From Sulfolobus acidocaldarius DSM 639 (GTDB lineage: Archaea > Thermoproteota > Thermoprotei_A > Sulfolobales > Sulfolobaceae), in the NCBI RefSeq assembly GCF_000012285.1, contig NC_007181.1, positions 1,770,001 through 1,802,000 on the forward strand: a stretch of 32,000 nucleotides of DNA. The letters run 5' to 3'. Each line of letters starts with the position of its first letter. Position 1 is the first letter of the stretch. Positions 18,954-28,400 of the stretch are shown one piece after another. The translations under genes were made by a program, and so were the position numbers. The notes below the pieces were generated by a model. The model saw only the letters and a program-made list of their open reading frames with translations, was not told where the DNA came from and ran no database searches.

Positions 18954-20069
18954 GTGGATGATCCGGATATGAAGTTCTATGGAAAGATAGAGGGTATAAG
19001 GTACAAAGCTTCTTTTAAAATGCCTGTACTTCACGAGTACTCTCTTTTAAAGGAGGGAATAGAGAATCAGACAGCGTTTATATACAAATTGGGAAGTCAC
19101 AAATTTGCCGTGAGTTGGTGGGTCTCTCCTAAACGCACCAGGTCTTACCCTTATGCAAGGGTGTATAACACGTTACAATTTTCAGGTAAAAAAGTCACAA
19201 TCATACCTGTAATGAAGGATGAGGGAGAGGAAGGAGATAGAGATTTCATACAGTGGGATACGATATCCCTAATGAGCCTACTAGGTGTATATGTGATCCT
19301 AGGATATTACGTTGAAGCTTCTAAAAAGTCGCAGGGCAAAATTACCAGTCAGAGATTCGACTACGAGTACCTAAAAGCTCAATTTGAGGAATTATCTAAT
19401 TGGCAATCTGATGCACTGCACTGGAACATAAATCAAGTGAATAAAATAGGTGACCTGATGAATATGGCTATTGAAGCTTATGAGAGAATTTCCCAGAGAT
19501 TAAATGTAAGATTAAAAGATATTCAGTCTGCCAAAAATAAGGCGGAAGAGGTTTATAGAGACCTGGAAAAATTTAAAAATCATTCTAGGACACAGTCAGA
19601 AAAAGCTCAACAGAGGGAAGTGTTGACCACTCAGCCCAAGGAGAATATAACAGGTGAGAAAGCTCCTATAGATATCGAGAATTACCTAGGGGGATTATAT
19701 CACTTCACTATTGATGAAGCATACGTGAATTTACAGTCGAAGACTGCATGTATAGTGGAAGCGAAAAACAGTAAGTCTAACTGTTTACCTTCAGAGGAGG
19801 ATATCAAGGATGGACTATTGAAGATGATAATATTCCTTAACCTCAGTGAGCTATATTATGAGTATGGTGATGCGTATATTAGGATTGAACATATTAACCC
19901 TTTCTTAAAATTAACTGGTGTCTGTGAATCCTTCAAGCCTAGACATAAAGTAGTCCTAGAAGAACTTTTAAGAGAAGCTAAAGAAAATAACTTGAAAATA
20001 ATACTAAACCAGAAGGTCATTGACGTTAAGGGGAGCGAGATATTATATTATACTGACTTTATGTGCTAA
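18954..20069 (+). CDS. Putative type II restriction endonuclease (unrecognised family, PD-(D/E)xK-like motif)
   Basis: 371-aa ORF starting 7 nt after the methyltransferase stop on the same strand. Candidate nuclease core TID(254)EAYVNLQSKTACIVE(269)AK(271) at nt 19713-19766. No other recognisable domain. An alternative ATG start lies at 18969. Confidence 0.55.
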   Translation: MDDPDMKFYGKIEGIRYKASFKMPVLHEYSLLKEGIENQTAFIYKLGSHKFAVSWWVSPKRTRSYPYARVYNTLQFSGKKVTIIPVMKDEGEEGDRDFIQWDTISLMSLLGVYVILGYYVEASKKSQGKITSQRFDYEYLKAQFEELSNWQSDALHWNINQVNKIGDLMNMAIEAYERISQRLNVRLKDIQSAKNKAEEVYRDLEKFKNHSRTQSEKAQQREVLTTQPKENITGEKAPIDIENYLGGLYHFTIDEAYVNLQSKTACIVEAKNSKSNCLPSEEDIKDGLLKMIIFLNLSELYYEYGDAYIRIEHINPFLKLTGVCESFKPRHKVVLEELLREAKENNLKIILNQKVIDVKGSEILYYTDFMC

Positions 20070-20552
20070 CGATCTAGAGACGCCACTTCAAATTCAAGGT
20101 CTGGAAGATAAGAGCACTGGTTTTTAAGTCTCGCCACAATAAATTTAGACTACGACAAAATAGTCATTAAATCTTCCAAGAACTACTCTCATCTGACTCC
20201 CCTCTCGCCTGAAGGGCTAGAATTCTCTTAGGGCGGTTCATTGGTTTGTGGTTAAGGTATTCAAATACATTCAAAAACTTCACTCTCTTTGGCTCCGTGT
20301 TGTTATATAATACCCTTCAAATTGAAGGTACTCTTGACATGAGAAGAAATTTTTCCCAAAGTTCAGTAATTTATCGTCATTAATTAGCTAGACCTGAATG
20401 AACTTCTTAAACTTCTCTGAAATGACTGTAACATGACCGGACTCTTACATGGAATCGAGCCCTTTGTGAGACGAACTGTATATTTACAGTACTCACGATG
20501 TATCAAATAACTTTACATACTTATTCTCTACACACTATTGCAGACCTTTAAC

Positions 20553-20999
20553 TTAGAGTAAGTTTATAATCCTTTCACCTATTTCGTCATTGATCTTTTG
20601 ACCAGAACTAAGCACTAGTCTTATACCCAAGTCCTTAACTTTTTCATAAGTCACTACTTTCCACTTAGTTGGGTCTTTAGGGTATTCCGTTACGTTCTTT
20701 GCAAATTTAATAACTTTTATAGGTAAGAGTATAGGCCATTCGCCCTCAGGCTAATACTTCTGGTTTAGTTCCTTACTTTCTCTTAGTTCCCCGTAAAGCA
20801 CTATTCCACCTGGAAAGTTTTGAGCCTTAGATAGATAAAGGAAAACTCCGACTCCTTTAGAAAAGTAAGAGAATCCTCTCCTTGTTCCCCAGAGGAAGGT
20901 GTCAGAAGGATATTGCTTAATGATGTCACTCCTCTTTTCAAGATAATCTGTTAGGCTTTGACTGAAATTCACCAACCTTCCTTTCAACAATAAGTACAC
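20553..20999 (-). pseudogene. Hypothetical protein gene interrupted by an in-frame TAG
   Basis: Track ORF 20751-20999 ends in TAG (20751-20753). The same frame stays open for 65 more codons (PEGEWPILLPIKVIKFAKNVTEYPKDPTKWKVVTYEKVKDLGIRLVLSSGQKINDEIGERIINLL) to TAA at 20553-20555. There is no plausible internal start for the second half. Confidence 0.55.
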
Positions 21000-21043
21000 A
21001 ATTTATACACTCTATTTAAGGTTAAAAGTTTAGATCTTGTCTT

Positions 21044-21218
21044 ATCATATGTGGACTACAATTTTGTCCACTTCATAAAATTCAATTTCATTCTCACTTA
21101 TGCAAAGTATATTTAGACCAAATCGTGTTGTAGAAGAATATTTTCACCCACCTCATTATCGTGCTTCCTGTTGAGTTCCATGGGAAATGGCTATTCATAC
21201 TCGCTAGTCTGACATAAT
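21044..21218. repeat. MITE-like dispersed repeat, copy A
   Basis: Roughly three-quarters identical by eye to 24677-24868 in direct orientation. Shared blocks include aaaattcaatt, cttatgcaaa, tatatttaga, ctcattatc, cctgttgagttc, gggaaatg and gctagt. The ends are imperfectly inverted (ATCATATGTGGACT ... AGTCTGACATAAT). No conserved ORF in either copy. Confidence 0.6.
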
Positions 21219-21619
21219 CCTAAAAGGTAAACGTATATCCCTGGTTGAGATAAGGTGGATTGCTGTAGTAAAATGACAGTACTTGAGGGACAACTTGATA
21301 ACAAATCATATATGTGACCCTACCACATAGGTGTTAGTGTAAAGTAAACAATTTACTATATAGTAAGTTTGTCTGTTTTGATTCTAAATTCTCCTAATTC
21401 GCTTTCAGACTCCCTAGCTTTAAAGCTGGTGAGGTATAACAGGATTTTCAGAGTCCTAAATCTTTTTCTAAATCTTTTTAAAGAGTGATTGACCTAAAGA
21501 AGTTAAGTCAGTGTTTTTGGTTTACTAGCAGCTAAAAGCTCATATAGAGACACAGTTCCTTAGACCTCTATGGGTTTTTCCCATGAACTCTTATATCCAC
21601 ATACACAATTATTATCTGC

Positions 21620-22051
21620 ATGAGCGGTTTAAGGGTCGAAAGGCTAAAGAGGAGGGGCTTAAGGTTTCTCGATAACGCCAAGGACGACTTGAAAAACGGA
21701 TATTATGACATAGCCATTTTTCATGTCGAGCAAGCAGTTCAGCTCTACACTAAGGCAGTGATATTTGAGCTCTTTGGTAAGGAGTACACTATCCATGGTA
21801 TAAGGGGACTGTTGAGTTACCTTACTAAACTACTGGAGGAGAATGGATATAAGGAGTTGTCTCGGAGAATCGTAGAGTTTACTAAAGAGAACAGGGATAC
21901 CTTACTAGGCATAGAGGAAGCATACATAAGCTCTAGGTATGAAGACATTGATTTTGGAAGGTATGAGGCTGAGAGTTCAGTCCAAACAGCAGAAAGTCTA
22001 ATAAAACTCCTTGACGAGATAGTTGATAATGTCAAGTTGGGTAAAGCATAG
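21620..22051 (+). CDS. HEPN domain protein (HEPN-MNT toxin-antitoxin module)
   Basis: 143-aa all-helical protein with the PF05168-like pattern: DIAIFHVEQAVQLYTKAVI...HGIRGLL...EEAYISSRY. It overlaps the downstream nucleotidyltransferase gene by 29 nt. Confidence 0.85.
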   Translation: MSGLRVERLKRRGLRFLDNAKDDLKNGYYDIAIFHVEQAVQLYTKAVIFELFGKEYTIHGIRGLLSYLTKLLEENGYKELSRRIVEFTKENRDTLLGIEEAYISSRYEDIDFGRYEAESSVQTAESLIKLLDEIVDNVKLGKA

Positions 22052-22373
22052 ATTTGAGCACCTCAGGAGATGGAGAGAATACGCAGAGATCATGGCTAAA
22101 GCCACTAAAGACTTGTGTAGCAACTGTAAAGTGTACGTCTTTGGCGGAGTTGCAGAGGGTAGGGTAACAGTGCTGAGCGATATAGACATTCTAGTGGTCT
22201 CTGAGGGGAAGTTAACTGACACGGAGATTAAAGAGATATGGATAAACATCATGAAGAGGGCTATGGACGTTTATAGCTTACCATTTGACGCTCCTGTTGA
22301 ACTACACGTAGTGGATAAGGAGAGGGCAGTGAGGTACTTTACCATGGCGAAGAAGCTCATAGAGATCGTTTAA
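22023..22373 (+). CDS. Minimal nucleotidyltransferase (MNT) of the HEPN-MNT module
   Basis: Pol-beta-type NTase motif VYVFGGVAEGRVTVLSDIDILVV (G[GS]x9-13DxD). 116 aa. ATG alternatives lie at 22023 and 22029. Confidence 0.88.
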   Translation: MIMSSWVKHRFEHLRRWREYAEIMAKATKDLCSNCKVYVFGGVAEGRVTVLSDIDILVVSEGKLTDTEIKEIWINIMKRAMDVYSLPFDAPVELHVVDKERAVRYFTMAKKLIEIV

Positions 22374-22831
22374 GATGAGCTTCTCATGGTTGAACGTCCT
22401 TTGTTTACTCTTGGGCTGAGGTTAGGAGCAAAGTGTTCCAAGAGTCTAAACAGTTGAAGCTACTCATTATGTCAAACAGTACTAGGTTGACTTACTCCTT
22501 TACCATAATTGTTTTCCTTGGTCGCTCATTATTTTTAGAGTGCTTTCCCATTTCGTAAATCAAGACCATTTTTAGCGTCTTAGATAAACTAGTAATTAGT
22601 TGAGAGTATATAATCTCAAAGACTAATTATAGCCCTTCGTCTTGACATTACTTTCAACTCTTTGCTCTGTAAAAAGGGTCTTCGAAACAGGCTTTTATTT
22701 TACGTAAGTTTATTAGAGTCTATCGATATTGCATCCTCTGGAACATGCAGTGTGCAGTGTCAACAAGGAAACCCCTCAACAGTCTGAGACTGTTATGAAT
22801 TTAAAAAACTACAGAGCGTTAAAACATCGCG

Positions 22832-24064
22832 TCACGCTTCCTTTACATCTACCGTTATTGTCCCTCCATCAACATTAGTATTTATCGCTAACTCACCCTT
22901 ACTCCCGGCTTTACTGGGAGGTAATCTCGTAACTCCTCCGCTCACTCTAGACGAGGTTATGATGCTAAACTCCTTGGGCACTGTAACACCGAATTTCCCT
23001 ACTCCCCCATCTATATCAATGTTCAGTCTTGCTTTAGTAGTATCTTTAAAGTGGACATCCCCCTCAGCCTTCCCCCCGTCTAAGGAAATGTCCACAGAGT
23101 CCTTACACTCCATATTTAGGTTAACTAGCCCTCCGTCCACATTGACCTTCAAGTTATTCGCTTTTATGCCGTTTATCTCAACTTTTCCTCCGTCAACGTT
23201 TACTTTAAGTTGGTTCAAGTCAGGGTAAGTGACCCTTAAGTAACAACCATCTGCACTAATGCTACTGTCATATATGTCAAGGTCACCGTCATGGCGACAT
23301 TTGGCGAAGAGATGGGGATCTCCCTTGCTTATTTTTACCACGCCACCATCTATTTCAACACTTAAACTATCACTGACTTTCAGGGGACCGTCATACAATA
23401 CCCTTAGGTGTGAACCTATGTTAAATGAGGAGTCATCGGTGCTGAAAACTCTGGATATTATTTTCCCCACTAGTCCTCCAACTCCGCCAATAATCTCTCC
23501 TATATCCTCACTGATTGTCTCCTTACCACTCCTTTGATCTTCCTCAACACTCCCCTCTTCAATTGACATAACTTGCTTAGATTTTCTTGATATGACGTCC
23601 TTCAGATTAGGAGGGGATTGAACAGTTATAACATTCTCCACAAGTTCTAGCACCTCGTTCAATAGGTTTTCATCAATATCGCCTTTGAAGATAACCTCGT
23701 TCACGTTTCTTATCACTAACTTCTTATTCTCCTCCTTAATCTTGGTCAACATATTCTTGTCTATCACCACTTTATCAGCGTATTCAAGTACTATTGGTGT
23801 TACTACCCTCTGGTCATCTGTTAGTACTAAGTTTTGGCTTTCTATAGTGTTTATTATGGACAAGGCTTTTTTACCTAACTCTGAAAGAACGTAATTGCCG
23901 TTCTCGTCCTTAGTTACTAAGCCATCTAGTTTCTTCAGGTGAAAAGCTAGGGCAGAGCTCTCCAAGTTAAGCCTTTCGCATAACTCAGAGAAACTCTTAG
24001 GGGTTTCAAGCATATTTAATATCTTTCTCCTTATCTCGTTTGATACCGCCTCAAATATGTCCAT
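22832..24064 (-). CDS. ArsR-family winged-HTH regulator fused to a C-terminal DGG-repeat beta-helix-like (DUF4097-like) domain
   Basis: The N-terminus SNEIRRKILNMLETPKSFSELCERLNLESSALAFHLKKLDGLV is a typical ArsR/HTH_20. The C-terminal ~190 aa carry repeated units: EIDGGVVKI, VNVDGGKVEI, VNVDGGLVNL, ISLDGGKAEG, IDIDGGVGKF and TNVDGGTITV. An AT-rich TATA region lies 20-35 nt upstream. Confidence 0.75.
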   Translation of the reverse strand: MDIFEAVSNEIRRKILNMLETPKSFSELCERLNLESSALAFHLKKLDGLVTKDENGNYVLSELGKKALSIINTIESQNLVLTDDQRVVTPIVLEYADKVVIDKNMLTKIKEENKKLVIRNVNEVIFKGDIDENLLNEVLELVENVITVQSPPNLKDVISRKSKQVMSIEEGSVEEDQRSGKETISEDIGEIIGGVGGLVGKIISRVFSTDDSSFNIGSHLRVLYDGPLKVSDSLSVEIDGGVVKISKGDPHLFAKCRHDGDLDIYDSSISADGCYLRVTYPDLNQLKVNVDGGKVEINGIKANNLKVNVDGGLVNLNMECKDSVDISLDGGKAEGDVHFKDTTKARLNIDIDGGVGKFGVTVPKEFSIITSSRVSGGVTRLPPSKAGSKGELAINTNVDGGTITVDVKEA

Positions 24065-24676
24065 ATGATTGTGTAGTATTTAATAAATATAAACATTTTG
24101 TAAATTTAAACTAAGTAAAGAGAAATTTACCAGCTTCCAAGTTTGTCAAAGCCAGGTTAAAGAGAGATAGGTCACATCTTTAAGGGTAGTTTAAGAGGGA
24201 AGTTTACAAGGTCTCTCTCTAGCTAACTAGTTTACCATCTGAAGATAAGAGAGGTGGAAATAGCAGTGTTTGTGTAATCCTTAAGTCCAAGCTACACCTC
24301 TGACTAGGGTGATAGAATAATGTAAAATAACTTCTCAATTGGTTAGGTCAACTATAAGATAACTGCAAACGTTAGTAATGCAAGGTTAGGCAAGTTAACT
24401 AGGTAGAGACTTTTGCCTACCTCTCGTAAGTGTAGAGTATTGTGTGGGGGGAATGGGATAAGAGAAAGTAGTCTGCTAATATAAAATTTCGTCTGACAAA
24501 ATTTTCACGAGTCAGTTTATTAATTAAACATTTTCACTATACTTTTGACCAAAAACCTTTACAATTAAAGGCTATTGGATGTTTAAACAATTTAAGTTAT
24601 ACACGAGAGAAGGTGAAAATTAGACTTCTCACAATCGATTAAAAATCTTTAAAACGTTGTGAGTTGCTGGGTAATT

Positions 24677-24868
24677 ATCATGAGAAGACTGACATGTGAA
24701 ACAATTTCCCCCCACTATAAAATTCAATTCTATTCTCGCTTATGCAAATATATTTAGAGTGAATTGCGTTAGGAAGAACACCTCTAACTATCTCATTATC
24801 CTCTCCCCTGTTGAGTTCTACGGGAAATGATTGTTTACTCCTGCTAGTTAGACTTACGCCCTATCATG
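24677..24868. repeat. MITE-like dispersed repeat, copy B
   Basis: Direct-orientation homologue of 21044-21218 with small indels at both ends. Termini are ATCATGAGAAGACT ... AGACTTACGCCCTATCATG (imperfect inverted repeat). Stop codons in all frames. Confidence 0.6.
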
Positions 24869-25355
24869 CATAAATACAACACTATCCCTCCAGTTCTCCA
24901 ACTTAATACCATTTAATATCACGTAAACATGGAACCTTCTAAGGCTAATTAACATGAAGAAAACTATTAGCCCAGACTCAAAAGCATAACAGCCTATAGG
25001 AATGAAAATTCCCTTATTTTCAGTTCACATGTCCTTAAAATACCTGAAAACGTGGTACTCATAAGGATAACTTCCTGTTTTACTGCGGGACGGATGGAAA
25101 GGGAACGTCGCCTTCACTTGAGTCCTGAAGACAAGAAGCTAATTATGCTAGACCTGTTTAAGTCGAATTGATAATAGTACGGAGAATAGAGTTTTTTCAA
25201 GGTTCTCAAAATCCCTTTTAACCTTCAATAACCTAAAATACGCGTTGTCAGGAAACTTATGTCAAGGCGAGGTTAACCATTTGTCGTAAAGTTATGAATA
25301 CATGGGTAAAACTGCGTAGTAAACTTTAAAGGTCTACCTCACCATATACTATCAT

Positions 25356-25592
25356 ATGTCTGAAGTTGTCAGTTTTAAGGTGAAAAGGGAGATTAAGCAG
25401 AAGATGGAGTTGTACAGGACTGAGGTCAACTGGTCAGAGGAGTTGAGAGGGTTTGTGGAGCAAAAGATCGCTGAAATCGAGGCAAAAAAAGGTGTTAATA
25501 AAATTCTACAAGAGTTGAAAGATGCTGACTGGGGGTTTCAAAAGGGCATATCGTCACAATTAACAAGGGAAGACAGGGATGCGGATAGTTGA
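25356..25592 (+). CDS. vapB: Putative ribbon-helix-helix-type antitoxin (VapB-like)
   Basis: 78-aa ORF. An N-terminal beta-strand (VVSFKVKREIKQKME) is followed by helices. Its 3' end overlaps the downstream PIN gene by 14 nt. ctttaaagg lies about 29 nt upstream of the ATG. Confidence 0.7.
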   Translation: MSEVVSFKVKREIKQKMELYRTEVNWSEELRGFVEQKIAEIEAKKGVNKILQELKDADWGFQKGISSQLTREDRDADS

Positions 25593-25983
25593 CGCCTCAG
25601 CCCTCACCGCTTTAGTGTTGAAAGAAGAGGGATGGGATGATATCTTAAAGTTTTTCACACCAGCCCATTCCATAGAACACGTGGTAAAGGAGACAATGAA
25701 CGCTATATGGAGAATGAAAAATGTCAAAAAGCTAATAGACGATAAGACTGCCTTTGGAATGAAAAGGGTGTTGTTTGAACTATTAAATGAGAGGACATTA
25801 CTGCTCCTAAACGAGATGGAATACGTCGAGAACGCGTTTGAAATTGCAATGAACAATAACCTCACGTTTTACGATTCTCTCTACATAGCTGCATGTTTAA
25901 AGCACAGTGCTCAACTGATAACGAGAGATGACAAACAGGCTAGAGTTGCAGAGAAGCTAGGTGTCGAGGTAGTCATGCCCTGA
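25579..25983 (+). CDS. vapC: PIN-domain ribonuclease toxin VapC
   Basis: MRIVDASAL (first acidic residue), E in the EHVVKE region, FYDSLYIAAC, and LITRDDKQ. This is the classical four-acidic-residue PIN layout. 134 aa. Confidence 0.88.
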   Translation: MRIVDASALTALVLKEEGWDDILKFFTPAHSIEHVVKETMNAIWRMKNVKKLIDDKTAFGMKRVLFELLNERTLLLLNEMEYVENAFEIAMNNNLTFYDSLYIAACLKHSAQLITRDDKQARVAEKLGVEVVMP

Positions 25984-26695
25984 CACGAAACACTGTTGCT
26001 CTACTTAATAGTCTTTCCCCTATAGTGATGGAGTCCCTGGAGTTGTTCCTTGAATGTCCAATGATTACTTAAGTGCTAGTTAAATAACTAAAAAGTACTT
26101 TTTCTCCAAGACTCGATTACGGCAAACACCCTCAATGAAGATGACCAGAGAGACCAAGGCTCCCTGAATGATGATCCCATATTCTCAACCAAGGTCTCTT
26201 CATAGAGTATTGTGGTAATCCTAAGCTAAGGCTGTTAAAAGAAGCTGATTTACTATTCGAAACCTCTTTGTACTTAAATTGTGTCCACTTAAGTGTAACC
26301 TAGGCTAAGTGAGTAATAGACTCTCGAAGATTAGATGGGGCTTAGAGAGTTATGTGAGAATAGGGGAGGAGGGCGTATCATAGAATGTCTCTTGGAAGAC
26401 AGGAAACAGTCCTTTTCACGGTTGAGGAAAAGCCTTTCTCATGGTATGAGGAAAGACTTGCCTTTCGGGGCTTGAGGAGGTCAACCCATGGACTCTAGGA
26501 CAGGGGCTCTAGTTTAGCTACCTAATAAGCGTGTAGGATCTCTAGGTCGAGACTTGTCCCATGATTTTCACGATCACAACGACAGACTAGCATAGGGTGG
26601 TTGGAAAAATTAATGGGCTATCAAAATAGTATCAAAATAGTAGGAATATTACTTAGAGACCAAGATCACGTAGTTGTACACATCCCCAGGAGAGT

Positions 26696-27802
26696 TCAAT
26701 GACTTCCTATCCCATACTTTACCTTTAAGTACTTCACTTTCTGGTATGGTGAGATTACATTCCCTATGTCTATAGTCCTACCATCTCTCGTGATGATAAC
26801 AACCCTTCCTACCTCTTGTGAATACACTCCCCTAGTGACAGCTGGGAATAGACTGACCCGTTGGTAGGTAAATACTTGTGTGACCACAATGTCCTTCACC
26901 TCACTCCAGGGGACTAGTAACACAGTCTCTACTCCCCTGTTGTAGTACATTGATATCCCCGAGATAAGTAAGGGTAGGAAAACTAATAGGGCAAGTAGTA
27001 TGAGGTAAATATCAGGAATACCAGCCATTGAATTCATGAAGGGGAAGGCAAAGTACGAGGCTATGGAGAAGAGCCCCAATATACCAAAGCCCACCATAAG
27101 CAATGACAAGACTGTGGAAAGGAAAAAGGCTCCTCTTTTGGCTATCCTCTTAATTCCCTCCCTATCAGCAAAGTGGATTTGGTTCACCGCATCGAGTTTC
27201 AGTAAGTCCCCATACCTGAGCTTACTGGGCTGTACAGCTTGTGGGAGGGATAAAAGTGCTATCCCTGAGCCTATAAGCATGAGTACTGGCAGGAAGCTGG
27301 TGAACGAGCCTAAGACCATTATAATTCCTCCTGTCATCAGCCCCCTGTAGTTGAACTCCTTTCCCCTACTGTATACCCCAAATGAGGTCACTAGCAGACC
27401 AAGGAAGTACAACAGAGCCCAGACTCCAAAGATCTCAATTATCTGGAAATCCCCTGAGCTCCTGTTCATTAGTTCCCATAGAGCGATGATGAAGACCACA
27501 GGAGAAGCTATTACTAAAGACGGTCCAGCCTTCCACCATCCCCTCAGTCCCCTAAGCATAAAGTAAAATGGGATTGGTATGAGTAGAAAGAAAGTTATGC
27601 CTAAACCCATGAGGGGGACAAGTAGTAAATTCGAGGTTGGTAAGGCTTCTAGCAGTTGGACCTTGGTCAACGTGTTGAGGATTGAAGTGATATACGGCTC
27701 AAGAAATATGATGAGGGCTATGTCAGAGACTGTGAAGACCGTGTAGAATATAACCATGAGGGTGAGCCCACGCCTTAAGTGTTTAAGGTCTCCAGACTGC
27801 AT
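26696..27802 (-). CDS. Polytopic membrane protein with a C-terminal soluble beta-rich (bacterial-PH-like?) domain
   Basis: 368 aa. About 8 hydrophobic helices are followed by WSEVKDIVVTQVF...GRVVIITRDGRTIDIGNV. The two + strand ORFs inside it (27036-27350, 27351-27566) are shadow frames. Confidence 0.7.
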   Translation of the reverse strand: MQSGDLKHLRRGLTLMVIFYTVFTVSDIALIIFLEPYITSILNTLTKVQLLEALPTSNLLLVPLMGLGITFFLLIPIPFYFMLRGLRGWWKAGPSLVIASPVVFIIALWELMNRSSGDFQIIEIFGVWALLYFLGLLVTSFGVYSRGKEFNYRGLMTGGIIMVLGSFTSFLPVLMLIGSGIALLSLPQAVQPSKLRYGDLLKLDAVNQIHFADREGIKRIAKRGAFFLSTVLSLLMVGFGILGLFSIASYFAFPFMNSMAGIPDIYLILLALLVFLPLLISGISMYYNRGVETVLLVPWSEVKDIVVTQVFTYQRVSLFPAVTRGVYSQEVGRVVIITRDGRTIDIGNVISPYQKVKYLKVKYGIGSH

Positions 27803-28025
27803 ATGAGGTAATCTATCAAGGCTTTTATAAGTATTTCTACAGTCTTTGTGGAAACTACGCCTTGACTAGCGGATGAATCAGCGTAAAAATGGTTCAATCT
27901 TACGATTTGATTATCAGTTACAAGAGACTTAAGTGTAGAAGTAAAAGTGGTTGTAAATCTTGCCTTCTAACTCGAGACCCTCCTTGTACTTTCACGTGGG
28001 GAAAATTCTTCACTTTAGGTAAAAA

Positions 28026-28400
28026 CTACCTCTTTTCAGCTACCAGGTACTTGGTCAGTATCCTCTTTGCAAACTCAATCATCTCGTCGTTGTTCATGCA
28101 GAACTTATGCGTTATCGTCACTGTGACCCTGTACTTCAGTTCTGGTATTTCGTTAATGAGACCTTTTATGAGCTTTTCTATCCTATCGTCCTTAATGACT
28201 GCAATGCACTCCTTCGGATTTAACCTCAAGCAGTCATGGATGAAGGATTTCGCAAAGTGATAGTCGTCATCTGGTATGCCGTACTTTTTTAGGGCTTCGA
28301 TCTTACTACCCTGTGTGCACTTGACTCTCACATCTCTAATGAACTTGAGACTTTTGCAGACAGTTGATGAATGTTCTATATATACTACTGCTTTAACCAT
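28026..28400 (-). CDS. Hypothetical protein (124 aa)
   Basis: ATG-initiated ORF with a balanced soluble composition. The overlapping + strand ORF 27889-28260 is S/L/F/C-rich and looks like a shadow frame. No family recognised. Confidence 0.5.
   Translation of the reverse strand: MVKAVVYIEHSSTVCKSLKFIRDVRVKCTQGSKIEALKKYGIPDDDYHFAKSFIHDCLRLNPKECIAVIKDDRIEKLIKGLINEIPELKYRVTVTITHKFCMNNDEMIEFAKRILTKYLVAEKR

Noticed and set aside
22778-22794. Perfect 17-bp palindrome aacagtctgagactgtt downstream of the ArsR-fusion gene (also ccttcaaattgaagg at about 20313-20327)
   Set aside because: An 8+8 perfect palindrome is expected about 0.5 times by chance in 32 kb (32,000/4^8), and a 7+7 palindrome about twice. 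A 1-nt loop cannot form an RNA hairpin. There is no supporting context.
25094-25171. 25-codon ORF MERERRLHLSPEDKKLIMLDLFKSN resembling an HTH/transposase N-terminus
   Set aside because: It is too short, the downstream frames do not continue it, and the resemblance is only impressionistic.
27889-28260. 123-aa + strand ORF overlapping 28026-28400 (-)
   Set aside because: It has a low-complexity S/L/F/C-rich sequence, whereas the opposite-strand ORF has normal soluble-protein composition. Only one of the two can be real, so the minus-strand ORF was kept.
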